Part shown: positions 12,801-24,100 of the stretch, piece by piece
Layout of the letters: the number at the start of each line of letters is the position of its first letter
Position numbering within the stretch: the stretch's first letter is position 1
DNA from: Podarcis vaucheri
Taxonomy: Eukaryota
NCBI GenBank assembly: GCA_965113315.1
Contig: OZ220376.1
Direction: 5' to 3' (one strand)
Length of the DNA: 64,000 nt
Made by a program: the position numbers and the translations under genes
Notes under the pieces: model-generated
What the model saw: the letters and a program-made list of their open reading frames with translations, nothing else
Databases searched by the model: none
What the model was told of the DNA's origin: nothing

Positions 12801-15322
12801 ATCACTTTTGTCATGCTTAGCGTTTGTGTAGTTATGGTAGTCCCTATCCCAGGGTAACAATTTTAATTTATTTCATACATTTATGTCCTGCAATTCTTCC
12901 AGTGAGACAGGAGGTGCTTTTAAGGTGCACAGTGACCCTATGAGGTGCAGTAAATTAGGCATGACAAATAGAGAGTGAGAGTGTATGCACATATTCATAT
13001 GGTGGGTGGGACTCCCTCTGTAGGATGGGGTGCCAAGATCACCTTCACAGGTCACTGTCAGAGACAGTATGTCTCTGAACGCCAGTTGCTTGGAAATACA
13101 AGTGAGGAAAGGTGGCTGTTGTGCTCAGGTCTTGCTAGTGGGCTTCCCATAAGCATCTGATTGGCCATTGTGAGAACAACATGCTGGAGTAGATGGGCCA
13201 CCGGCCTCATTCAGCCTCAGGGTTCTTAACTTCATTTCTAAGCCCACCGCTGTACAAGAGTGGCTCTCTGTTACAATTCCTGTTTTCACAGATGGTGACT
13301 GTAGCAATCTGGGCTGGCATCAGGGGCCAGTATCACTGGGCACTTGCTGAGTCTCACACCATAAAGAGAGCTGCTAATTAAAGGGCTGGCAATATGTCAC
13401 CTCCCCATTTTCACATCAAATCTGATAGCGATGGGCATTGTGTCAGGTTTGTTGGTTGGTTGGATCAATCAATCTCTATCTCACTGTTCCTCCCAGAGAA
13501 CCCCAAGACAGCAAAGCAGAAAAAAACATAAATTTAAAATAAAACACCCTCACAGCTGAACATGTCATACTTGTAAAGCACTTGTGTAAACTGGGATTTG
13601 GTAGGAGGGAGGGGGAAACAGGAAACAGGCCAAATGACTTAACCCTGCATTGTGCTGGCTTCAGGGTGTACGGCACAGTTGAAGGAAGGAAATATCTAGG
13701 TATAGGATGAACTGTGGGATAAAACAGGAGTAGATATGTGTGAGAGATGTATAAAAAACAAGTTGTGAAAAGAAATTGGTTACTAGCCAAGAGGGAAGCA
13801 GGGGAACTCCCTAAAGCACAAAGAAGAGATTTGTGACAGTGTAGAAGCATAGGAAAGAGCCTTGTTTAGTATTGATGTCATTGTTGAATTTCTAGGTTTG
13901 ATTGAACAGAAAAATAGCTGAACAAAATTCAATTTATTGCAAACTTGTATTGTTTACTTTTCTGGTCCTGGGCAGATGGGCCCAGCAGTCATTGCACTGA
14001 GTTTATTCCTCTATGTTGCTAAGCCTGGAATTTGATTGACTAATCTCATCCTAGAGTGAGCCATTGTGGTCCATTCCCTAGATCCGGGGCATGGAACCTT
14101 TTTGGCTTATCAGAATATAATCTTGTGGGCCAAATTTAAGAGGCAGGTGAGGTTGCACACCTGTCAGTCACCTGACATCACAGGTTGTCCAGTGCTTTGA
14201 AGTCTCAAAGCCGGGAGCTCAAAGCACCATGTGCATCCCAGTCATCTGGTACATTTAGAGTTCCCTGCAAGGAGCTTCATAACACACCTGATCCAACAGG
14301 CTTCAGCTCTATTGCACATTCTCCACAGTCCATTTGAAAATAATCAGGGATCCTGGCAGACCACTTAAGAAACATCATTTTTTCTTTTAGAAATCAAAGC
14401 ATATGCATAATTTGTCTTTTTCTAACCATAGTCCTGTGTCTTTCAAATGGGGTGGGCATGCTGCTTCTGTGAGTGATGTTGATTGGAGAGCTTGTCAGCT
14501 TTTTCCTCAGGTCAGCATTCGTCCTGTGTTTGGGCTTAAGAGTAGACAGGCCATTCAGGACCCTTCTTCAATGGATTGATATATATTTTTTTTTTTGGGG
14601 GGGGAGATGAGTTGATTGCACCAGCACCATATTATGAAAATATTGGCCCTTGGCCTGTTTGACAGTCTAGTCTTGATCAAAATAGCATTGCTTCTCATTT
14701 TTTGTTTCCAGCAAAAAGGGCTGTGCACAGATATCTATAGCTCAGTTGGTAGAGCATGAGACTGGTTAATCTCAGGGTTGTGGATTTGAACCCCACATTG
14801 AACAAAAGATCCCTGTAGCTGCAGGGGGTTGGAGACCCTTGTGGTCCCGTCCCACTCTACAGTTCTGCAATATTGTTAACTGTTCTATAGTCTTTCCATG
14901 GGCAACCTGATTGCAGCTTGTAGATTTCAGCTTATGAACCTCTGCATCTAGTGCTTGACCTTGACTCTGGATTTAGGTAGTACCTCACCCTGTGCTTAAT
15001 GTCTACCAACCCTGGAGGGTGGCTCCTCCCGCCCATCTGGGTTGTCTTTCTTCCCATGGTCCAGAAAGGAGAATTGGTAGGCTAAGTCTACAGTTCCCTT
15101 TTCTGGTCTGAAATGTTTTCACAGACACGCACACACTTTCCATTCTAGAGCCCTACAGTATGCTCTGGTTTGCTCTCCAGATCCTCTAGAGATCGGTCTT
15201 CAAGGGAGAAATCACGGGAAAGAGACAAGAAAGAGAAGAGCTCTTCTGAACGGCGACACGAAAGCACGAATGGCAAATCTCACCCTAAGAGATCTGAAGA
15301 GAGGGAAGCCGGCGAGATCTGA
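828..15322 (+). CDS. LUC7L: LUC7L, U1 snRNP-associated splicing regulator (two zinc fingers plus RS-rich tail); whole gene span, 372 aa
   Basis: join(828..888,3625..3719,4610..4708,5969..6079,7239..7382,8181..8357,8630..8718,9274..9303,10739..10909,15181..15322) = 1119 nt, open frame, all introns GT-AG. Protein MSAQAQMRALLDQLMGTARDGDETRQRVKF...CKSHLLDCCPH...CEVCSAYLGLHDNDRRLADHFGGKLH...EEREAGEI matches LUC7L rather than LUC7L2/3. Confidence 0.97.
2482..2646. other. Assembly gap (165 N)
   Basis: Run of N in LUC7L intron 1. Confidence 0.99.
3625..3719 (+). CDS. LUC7L: LUC7L exon 2
   Basis: tttcag|..DETRQRVKFTDERVCKSHLLDCCPHDILAGT|gtaagt. Confidence 0.96.
4610..4708 (+). CDS. LUC7L: LUC7L exon 3
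   Basis: RMDLGECTKIHDLALRADYEIASKERDLFFELD; ag/gt flanks. Confidence 0.96.
5255..5390. mobile_element. hAT-type palindromic MITE with perfect 8-bp TSD
   Basis: TIRs cagtgtttcccaacct / aggttgggaaacactg; flanked by ctttaaag at 5247-5254 and 5391-5398; a partial related copy follows at about 5399-5460. Confidence 0.85.
5969..6079 (+). CDS. LUC7L: LUC7L exon 4
   Basis: AMDHLESFIAECDRRTELAKKRLAETQEEISAEVAAK; ag/gt flanks. Confidence 0.96.
7036..7156. mobile_element. Related palindromic hAT-type MITE
   Basis: ggccctccaactgttttgggactacaactcccatcatccct...agggatgatgggaattgtattccccaaacagctggagggggcc fold-back. Confidence 0.75.
7239..7382 (+). CDS. LUC7L: LUC7L exon 5
   Basis: AEKVHELNEDIGKLLAKAEQLGAEGNVDESQKILMEVEKVRAKKKEAE. 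Confidence 0.96.
7701..8064 (-). mobile_element. Sauria SINE (near full length)
   Basis: On the - strand, a tRNA-like head (gggacgc...ggttcgaatcccc), the typical body (gcagttcgaaagcac; atgctggccacatgacccgg) and an acctttac tail. Confidence 0.88.
8181..8357 (+). CDS. LUC7L: LUC7L exon 6 (second zinc finger)
   Basis: EEYRNSMPASSFQQQKLRVCEVCSAYLGLHDNDRRLADHFGGKLHLGFIQIREKLDQLR. Confidence 0.96.
8630..8718 (+). CDS. LUC7L: LUC7L exon 7
   Basis: KTVAEKQEKRNQDRLRRREEREREERTGQ-R; donor CG|gtgagt. Confidence 0.94.
9274..9303 (+). CDS. LUC7L: LUC7L exon 8 (30-nt microexon)
   Basis: ttttgctag|G TCT GGA TCC AGA AAC AGA GAT CGC AGA AG|gtgagt = SGSRNRDRR; preserves frame. Confidence 0.9.
10739..10909 (+). 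CDS. LUC7L: LUC7L exon 9 (RS domain)
   Basis: SRSRERRRRRSRSISREKRKSRSKSRERERHRRHRSRSGSHSRGHRRGSRDRSSKH-K; donor AA|gtaggc. Confidence 0.94.
11880..12170 (+). mobile_element. Old degenerate CR1 LINE ORF2 fragment
   Basis: ORF 11945-12169 VEILNSFFKSV...KEQVRECF resembles the CR1 AELLNSYFASVF region; boundaries approximate. Confidence 0.45.
14738..14867 (+). mobile_element. tRNA(Lys)-like-headed SINE with CR1-type 3' tail
   Basis: A box tagctcagttggtagagc, degenerate B box gatttgaaccc, then gcagggggttgga...gtccc...ctctac resembling the CR1 3' UTR at 40610-40660. Confidence 0.7.
15181..15322 (+). CDS. LUC7L: LUC7L last coding exon 10
   Basis: tgctctccag|..SSRDRSSREKSRERDKKEKSSSERRHESTNGKSHPKRSEEREAGEI*. 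Confidence 0.93.
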
Positions 15323-15837
15323 ACTCCGGCCACGATCTGTATTGTACTGTATATATAGTCTTGAGAAATGTTCTACACAGCCCAAATTTTTCTCATTTAT
15401 ATTAACTGAATACAGCACATTTTTTGTAGTTCTGAATTTCTATTGTTTCTGCAGGTAGCAAAGCCAGTAGTGTGACAGTTTCCTATACTGTTGACTTGAG
15501 ACTTTTGTCTTTTAATTGAAAGAAACAAACTCAGTCGCTGGTCTTCAGTGCAGTTTAGCGACTTAAGCAGAATGCAGCAGAAGCAGGCAGAAGATGTGGG
15601 GGTGGCGGGATCATAACGTGCTGTAAAAACTCATGCTCCACCTGCCTATGTTAAAACATCACTTGCCTTTCTATTGCAGACTTCAGTTCACAACATACTA
15701 AAGAACCTCAGCAGCGCTGGTACTCCCCCCCCCTTTTCTAAATATGGCAGGTTCATGTAATGTTTCTGATATCCAAGACTTCGCTAAATATGAACAAGCC
15801 AGATTGGTCAAGAGTAACCTACACCACAGCCTAGCTT

Positions 15838-15843
15838 AATAAA
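15838..15843 (+). terminator. Candidate LUC7L polyadenylation signal
   Basis: First AATAAA I could find after the stop codon, followed by gttgtttt. Confidence 0.5.
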
Positions 15844-18367
15844 GTTGTTTTGGGACAGCTGTACAACATGGCACAATATCTCTTCTTCTTTTTTGTTGTA
15901 GTAGTTGTATTTAGAGCTTGGTGAAAGTAGCACAGCATTTAAAATTTAAATGGATGTTAATTGGATTATTTTGTCAAGTTATGCAACTCATCAGTGTGAA
16001 TTTTGCACTTCGGGACTTCATTTTTCTGTGTCTGCTTCCTAATTTCCAGGTTGCCAGTATTGATCCCACTGAATATAAATAATGTTGTTCCCTGATGGAG
16101 AGGTCCTGGTGTAAGTGGGATGGGATTCCTCACACTGCAGCCTCAAACCAGAAGGCACGTTAGAGCAATTCCATTAGGAGCAGTGTTCACGATAACACAG
16201 AATGACTCTACCAATTTGGCAGATGAGGACCTGGCATGGGGAGCTCTGTTGTGGGACAAACAAACAACTCCCACATCTAGATTGATTTTGCAGTTACAGA
16301 GGGGTGGGGTGGGGGAGCAAGATGCACTATTCTTGTTGGCGGCAGTTAAGCAGATTGCAATGCTGTCAAGACTGCATTTGCGGTGACAACCTGAAACACA
16401 ACTGGTAGGGGTGTGTCAAAGAGGTAGAGGGGCATAATCATAGTCATGTACTTCAGGTTCTTTTAATAACTGCTGATGGCAGCAGAAAACAGTCACGGTG
16501 CTGCTGCAGAGAGTGGTGTCCAGGGTACTAGGAGTTTTTGACTTTTTATTTGTATAATTATCTAGTAGCTTACTGACCAATTCCTGTGTGCCTCTTCTTC
16601 CCTCCAACTTCTTTTTTTCCCCTTTTTTGTGCTGCAGAATTGTGTTCATCAATGCATGTTTAATCAAGTTTCTTTTCCGTTTTATTCTCACTGCTGAATT
16701 CTTCCCCCCCCCCCGCCGCCCCAAGAGGAGTGGTTGAGTGTGTGTTCTCTCAGCCTTTTGTGTCTTTGTGAGTGACTACCAGGAGAACTAATGAGCCAGC
16801 AGAAGGAGCAGATGTGTTTCCTTTGGGGGAATCGGATTCAGACCTACAGTTGCCCATTGGGACAGGTAATATCTGGGCATGCTCAGACCTAGAATGTGTT
16901 GCCCTCTGGAAAGTCAGAGGACGCAGTGAGAAGCCAGCAAGGCATATCGTATTGAGTGTATAAAATATTAGGAATTCATCCCTCTGTGGGGTTTTTATGT
17001 TTAGTATGAGCAGTTTGATCCTTAACAGCACCTTTCTTTGCCTTTGAGGGATATTGGTCTAAGTAACAAAGATGTAAGTAAAACGCTCTTCTCTTGCCAG
17101 TCTTATTCACATTAAAAGCTTATCTTTGTGGCTCGGAGTGAACCGTCTGTTTTGGTGTAACCCTTAATGCTTGAAATTTCCATGAGCAACTCAGCCCTGT
17201 CTCTACTGTCAAGCAACCGAAGAGACTGGAGTAAGTTTAATTATAGATGTTGCAAAAATGGGAAGGAAGGACCTAGGAATGAGAAAACCTTTCTGTGGAC
17301 TAATGCAATAGATACCCTGGGCACGTGAAGAAAAACTTGGCATTTATATGGCACTCTTCAGAGCACTTTCGTCATCTTTACAGCAAATGTTCAGGACAGG
17401 GCTATACCACAAATGGGAGCTACAGCAGAATGTCGCAGTGTCCCACATGAGTGCGGATCTGCAGTTCTAGTTGTCCAGGATACTATAAATTCAAGCTGCC
17501 CAATTAATTTCTTCCTCCTTAATCCCTTTCTGTATTTCTTTTCCAAGGAACACGTGACATTCAGTTGCTTCCGGAGGTCACTGAAAATGCTCCGTTTCTT
17601 TTGAGCTATTTTGGTAGGAAGGTGCTGTTCCTCCATTTGGGACTTCCAAAACATTTTTCATTTCTGGATACGTGGGAGTTCAACCAAGGAGAATCCACCG
17701 TCGTCCAAGGGAGTTAGTTCCACGGTCACAGACAGCTCTTGCTGTCAGCAAGTTCTTCCTAATGCTTCATTGGAATCTCCCTTCTTGCCATTGGATCAAT
17801 TTGTTTGGGCCCTCAACCATTCCCAAATTACCCCAAAGCCTCTGCATGTTGGGGTGGGAGTAAGACAGGAGTGTGGAAGCACAGGCTCAGGGGCTAAATG
17901 TGGCCCCAACTCTTTCCAGCTCACATGCCTGGTGATTCTGTGCTGGGCCCTTGAGTGCTTTTTGCCTGCCTGGAATGCATCCTTGAACTGTGAGCAGGCC
18001 TCTTGCTTGGCTGGATAGGGAAGGGAATTGTTATTCCCTAAAAACAGCCAGTTGCAGCAGCCACACAGGAGCCGACAGCATGCTGAGATTTCCAAGCCAT
18101 CAAGACTAATCACTTGGCAACCAAAGTAACTTGAAACACAGCGTCTTGTTCCCCATCTTCAAGGGTCCAAAGAATTGGAGAGCAGACTAATGTCCTATCG
18201 CTAGGAGGGGAAAGTAGCAGTGGAGCAGAGCAGATTATTAACATTTCATGCAAGCTGTCCTGTCTACATGTGGGCCCTAGCTTTCAATCTTTTGCATTGC
18301 TTAGGCATATAGTTTTCTCTCCTGCGGTGGGAAAACCTAAGTGCCCTCAAATTGCTTAAAAAAACTA

Positions 18368-19080
18368 CAGTGGTGCCCCGCAAGACGAACGCCTCGCAAG
18401 ACAGAAAACTCGCTAGACGAAAGGGTTTTCCGTTTTGGAGGCGCTTCGCAAAACGAATTTCCCTATGGGCTTCCTTCGCAAGACGAAAGCCCATAGGGAA
18501 ATCTCCGGGACAGCAGGGAAGCGCAGCGCGTCTTCCCCACTGTCCTCGGACCTCCTCCGAAGGCTGGCGGTGGGGCGGAAAGCCCTTCTCCCCGCGCCAG
18601 CCTTCGGAAGGCTCCTCCGAAGGCTGGCAGTGGGGCGGAAAGCCCTTCTCCCTGCGCCAGCCTTCGGAAGGCTGCTCCGAAGGCTGGCGGTGGGACGGAA
18701 AGCCCTTCTCCCCGCGCCAGCCTTCGGATGGCTGTCCTGAAGACTTGCGGTGGGAGGAGGGTTTTCCTTCCCACTGCCAACATTCAGAATGCTGTTCTGA
18801 ATGTTGGCGGTGGGGAGGAAAAACCCTCCTCCCACCGCAAGCCCCGGGAACAGAGGAGAAGCGCTGCGCCCCTTCCCCTCTGTTCCCGTACCTGTCCTGA
18901 AGGCTTGCGGTGGGGAGAAAAGCCCTTCTCCGCACCGCCAGCCTGGCAAGCGGTTTCCATAGGAACACATTAATTGATTTTCAATGCATTCCTATGGGAA
19001 ACCGTGCTTCGCAAGACGAAAAACTCGCAAGAAGAAAAAACTTGCGGAACGAATTAATTTCGTCTTGCGAGGCACCACTG
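18368..19080. mobile_element. Tc1/mariner (Tigger/pogo-like) MITE containing a 60-bp tandem array
   Basis: TA|cagtggtgccccgcaagacgaa ... ttcgtcttgcgaggcaccactg|TA; repeated cgcaagacgaa motifs inside. Confidence 0.85.
18552..18945. repeat. 60-bp GC-rich minisatellite with internally palindromic units
   Basis: Unit ctccgaaggctggcggtggggcggaaagcccttctccccgcgccagccttcggaaggctc; 3 near-identical and about 3 diverged copies. Confidence 0.9.
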
Positions 19081-21052
19081 TACTGTTTTAGAGATGTGTA
19101 CAGTGCAGCCCTGTGGTCTTTATATGGGAAGAAGCCCCCATTGCAGACAGTGGGACTGACTTCAAAGAGCAAACGTGCCTAAGATTGGGTGGCTATTTAC
19201 CTTCTGCCCACAAAAGCGTATGGTTTGCTCTGGAGAATTGGGCCAGGTTCGTTGCCCCTCAGAATCTATGCTAAAGTTCACCACTAACCACAAGGCAGCA
19301 GTTTCTGCTGAGAAAGTAGCCCCCTCTTACCTACCTCTGGGCTTTAAGATCTTCACATGGCTAGCAAATTCCCTTGTGCGAATGTCATAGGATGCCAGAT
19401 CCCCAACAAAGGAGGCCCTTAGAAACACGTTTTCATGAGGCAAGGAATGTCGGCTTGAATACAAACTCAGTAAGATTTGTGTCATTCTGGTCCTTGCACC
19501 AGACAGAAGCTCAAACAAAATCACCTAAGTCTGTTAAACTCCTGCTTGGGGAAACAGCAGCCCTTATTCAAGTTTTTCTGTTGAAATTGACCATGTTATC
19601 CAACGCAAAAGCTAGCAAAGCCTCTGGAATCTAGGTGCTTTTCTGCTGCGATGTGCCCTTTATTGCTCTGAAGTGTTTAGACAAAGGAAGCAACATTTCT
19701 GCCTTCCTCACTCTCCCCGTGAGAATTAATGTAAATAGGAATGAGTTACAAGACTCACAGGTAGGGCCAAGGACATAATTTTCCCTGGCACAACCAGGGT
19801 ACCCACAAACCCTCCTTTAGAGAGGACAGTCTTCCGTTTGAAGGACTGTAGTAAAACAAAGAGAACCATAAGAAAGGTCCTTGGAGGTGCCAATCAACAT
19901 TTAAGCACGTGAAGGAAAGGCTAAGCAGGGACACAGGGTCACAGTCCTCCCCACTGTGCTGAGAGCTTTTCTGTTTAAAGGATAGGATTTATTTCTCCAT
20001 TGTTCACATACTAATTAGCATATGCAAATTACATGTGAATCTGTGTCCTTTGTTTTGGTTCAGGAGCCTTTTGTGGGGATGTTTGCTTTTATTTCATAAA
20101 GCTGATATACAACTTGACTGTAAAAAAACCAAACAAAACCTCAGCGCAGCTTTTACAGAAAGAATAAAATAATGAAATGATCAGCTTAAAATAAAGGAAA
20201 AAAGACCTCTTAAAAACATTAAATAATAACAATCGAGAAGAAGCTAAAAACCAGACTGAAACACATTCTGCATGTCTGGATAGCCTTACCTAAACAATGT
20301 TTTTAGCAGGTGTGGGAAAGAGTATGGCAAAGATGCCTGCCTGATGTCAACAGGCAGAGAGTCTCAAAGTTTAGGTGCTGCCATGTTAAAAAGATTGATT
20401 TCTTACCAATGCAGAACAGGTATGTGTGTAACCTGTGCCAGTTGGGTATATTGAAGTGGTAAATGGGGCATATATTGGGTGAGGCAATCTGCTAGGTGAT
20501 GCATCATCACCTAGTTCCTGCGGTGTCGAGGTGCAAAAGACCATCTTTACCTAAATCATATTTTCCTGCATTCTTCTCTTACAAGGCTGTCCATTCACAA
20601 TCAGGTGGCCACTCACACATCACCTTAAAAAAAGGAGGGAAATGGCTAGCTTCATTAATGTAGAGATGCAAACAGAGAAAGGGATTACAAGTTGATGGCA
20701 GGCCCAAACACAGACTTCTAATTTCCAGGCACAAAGAACAGAACCAGGTTTGTAGAAATAGTTTGGGTTTTTTTAATGTGAGACCCGTAACTCCATGACT
20801 TTTCTGCCACGGATGTAAATCTCTCCAATCAAGTAGCACAGTGGTGCACATGGCAGAGAGCAAGGTGTGGCCTGTGCAAAGGGGGTGCCTGCTCCTTGCC
20901 CCCTCCCAAGGAAAGCCAAAGTGGTTGAAGTGCAATAATCCCGCCCTCCTCCAAACACACCGTCCACAGGCTGGAACGTGGATCGCTTCAGAAAGGCAGT
21001 CCAAGGGCAGAGGTAGTAGGCCCTGTGCCGGGGTGCAGACCAAGCCAGGTCC

Positions 21053-21173
21053 TCAGTGTTCGTACAGGATTTTCTGATCGCAACAATCCCAGTCTATCAG
21101 CTCATTGCTGCGAAACCAAAGGCTGATCTCTCTCTGGGCTGTCTCCAGGGAGTCGCTGGCGTGGACAACGTTC
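21053..21173 (-). CDS. NME4: NME4 exon 5
   Basis: [39 protein letters not shown]. Confidence 0.95.
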
Positions 21174-24100
21174 CTGTTTACGGGGGAAACCTCACAATGA
21201 GGGCATATCGTAGGTGAAGGTCCTATCCTACAGCTACAAAAACAACCCACCCAATTTTATATCCCTTTAACTGTTAGAACCTACTTCCCCCAAATAAGTT
21301 ATAAATGGATGAGGGGTACCAAGAACTCTTTCCTGAATTGCTACAGAATTCCCGAGGAGGAACAGCTGGGTCTGCCTACAATGTGGCTGCCCTAAGGCAG
21401 CATCTTGAGCTATCCTTACCTGGGGCTGAGTCAAGAAGCCACTACAATGCAGTAAAATGATGGAACGAGTTTCCCTGCAGAACCTCCAGAGGCAAAACGA
21501 ACTTTCCAGGGGGCAATCTAGTATCTAATGCCTGTTTTAGGCATGAAGGAGGACTTTTAGAACGCTCACTCAAACAAAAACAAGGAAAGAACGAGCACAT
21601 TAGGGAACGAAGGTTCAGCACAGTCTACTCTTGCTCTGCTAGATTTCTGTTAGCAAGGACATTTAAAAAAAAAGGGAAAATTAAAACTTGATTCCCACAA
21701 CAACCCATCTCCCCCCCCCCCATCTGTAGTTCCAGCTAGCATAGGCCATTCGGCCATTTTATTCCACTGTAAATGTAGACTAATAAATACAGATCACAAA
21801 CTAAGGGACGAGGATTTTTAAGCACACACATGGAAAATGAAATGTAATTTACAATAGAATGGAAAAATGAGAACGCAAAGAAAGATCACGCAACACAAAG
21901 TGCCGGAACTCATACTGACATTTCAACATCTTGATTGGTTCATATAAACACCCTTCCCCTATTATTCATACATGGCAGTGTTGAACACTGGTTTCGTTTG
22001 ACCCAGAAAGCTCATTTTCCATACTGGCCCCCTCAGATAACTGCTTAATGGCAGGAGGAACTATTCTGCAGCATACTTAAACGAATGAATCACCAGACCA
22101 GGAAACGGGACTTAACCAAAAGAGTCGGCGTTTTGTATTCTTCATGTGTAACCAGGCCAGAGACTCATGTCAAAGTTTGAACCTAGAAGCCCCAGCAAGT
22201 CAAGACCGGCCTGGTCAGAGCTCAGTGCCAGAGCACCTGCCTCACAGGTAGAACATCCCAGATCCCAACCCCAGCAAGAGCCGAGAGTGACTTCCTGCCC
22301 GAAAAACCTGGACAGCCACTGCCAGTCCGTGCAAACAATACGGAGCTAGATGGACTCATGGTCTAACTCTGTGCAGAACAACTTCCTGTATTTCCTGCTA
22401 TTTTGGTCCCACTCATACCTGCTGACGTGGACGCTGAAGTCTCCCCGGACGGTGCCTGCCTTGGCTTCCACGGGATTTGTCTCCCCCACCATAGCCCTGG
22501 AGGTTTTGACAACGTTGTAGCCTTCCCAGACCTGAAACAGGACACCATAGAAAAAAGACCAGTGGTTCTGACATTCCTGCTAACAGCTAAACAAGGCAAT
22601 ATGTCTCCTATCAGTGCCTTTCATGAAGTACAGAGGTGCTCCCCCAACTAACATCACAGAGCGCCTGATACAGATAGGTTGTTTAGAAGGCTGGGGCAGA
22701 GGGGCTTTAATGCGTTGCAGCTGGCTATGGGCCTGGTTTGGACCACAGGGCCCAACCTGGCAATTTGGAGCGGGCGGCGGGAACTTCTGTTGAAGTCCAC
22801 AGGAGTTTCCCTTCACCCTTATGCCTAATACCTACGCAAAACAGTTCTTCCCATATCCAAGATACAAGAGCAGTACCCAGATTTGCATTTGCATCCCACT
22901 ATGATAGTGGTGGACCTACATTTCTGGGGTCCTGGAGACTGAATTGTCACGGGGGTCCCTGTGCAACCCACAACAAGGTCTGGATACCCCGTAATCTTCT
23001 TTGATGGGGCTGTTCCACAACAGATCACGACGCGAAAAGTAATTAACTATTACATCTCAGATTTCGATTGAAATTGCTGTACAGTGTCACTGGTGCGATA
23101 TAAAACATTGCAAGCAACATGGACTAAAGTCTCTTCTGGGACCCCTCTGGGAATAGGGCCTGAGAGTTTAAGCTTCATTAGATTCACAGTAGATCTGCCC
23201 CTGCACAATGGCTAAATGTTCTCCTTCCTCTATCAGAGGCAGTGTGCCCACAAAGGCCATTTGCTGTGCATCACCAGAGGGGAAACTGCTATTGCACCCA
23301 GAGGTCCCATTAGTCTGCTTCCCATTGGGGCTTCTGGTTGGCCAACGTGAAGAGGATGCTGGGCCTCTGGGTATTGGTGAGAGGGGATGGGGGACGGGGA
23401 AGAGAGACTGTCTTACCATGGCAACCACAGGCCCCGAAGTCATGTACTTGATCAGCTCATGATAGAACGGCTTTCGGCGCAGTTCGTGGTAGTGTTCTGC
23501 CAGGATGCCTTCATTGGCCTGCCAAAACAAAGGGGCATCTGACGTTCAAATGGGCAGAGCCTACTGCTTATGAGACCCCGAGGCACGTGTGAGCATGGGT
23601 AGATTGTCTTTGGGTCCAAGGGATGGGGGCTTTTGTGGGTTCGTGAACCCCTTGCCCCAGAGGTGCACCTTGAGGAAGGGCTACCTGTCCGTGTCTTCTA
23701 TCTTGTCGAAGGTGGCTGATGACAACATTAACATTTAGATCCCCGGGAGGGATTGAAACTTCCCTCCCCACCCCACCCCGGAGCAAGGCTGTGGGTCATG
23801 GATAACGCGATCCCTACAGAAACAGGAAGGAGCGCTCCAACCTACCCCAATGTTCCCTGAGTGCTTGGCAAGCCTTGATTGCCCCCCATTTCAGCACCCA
23901 GTGAGCGTACCTGGAGCAACTTGAGACCCACAAGCTTGAATCCGCGTTTTTCAAAGCGTCTGATCACATCCCCCACCAGCCTCCTCTGCACCCCATCTGG
24001 CTTCACGGCGATCAGTGTGCGTTCCTGCAGCCCAGGGACACCTATTGGGCAAAGAAAGGGTGGTTAGACTGTTCAGTGTTGCAGGAGGCAGCCAGCCAGG

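Noticed and set aside
14738-14805. tRNA-Lys-like sequence
   Set aside because: Degenerate anticodon and T arms, no acceptor stem, and it runs into a CR1-like tail, so it is a SINE head rather than a tRNA gene.
18264-18973. 234-, 185- and 182-aa repetitive ORFs; the array also superficially resembles a CRISPR array
   Set aside because: They arise from a 60-bp minisatellite inside a MITE. There are no unique spacers and no cas genes, and the context is eukaryotic.
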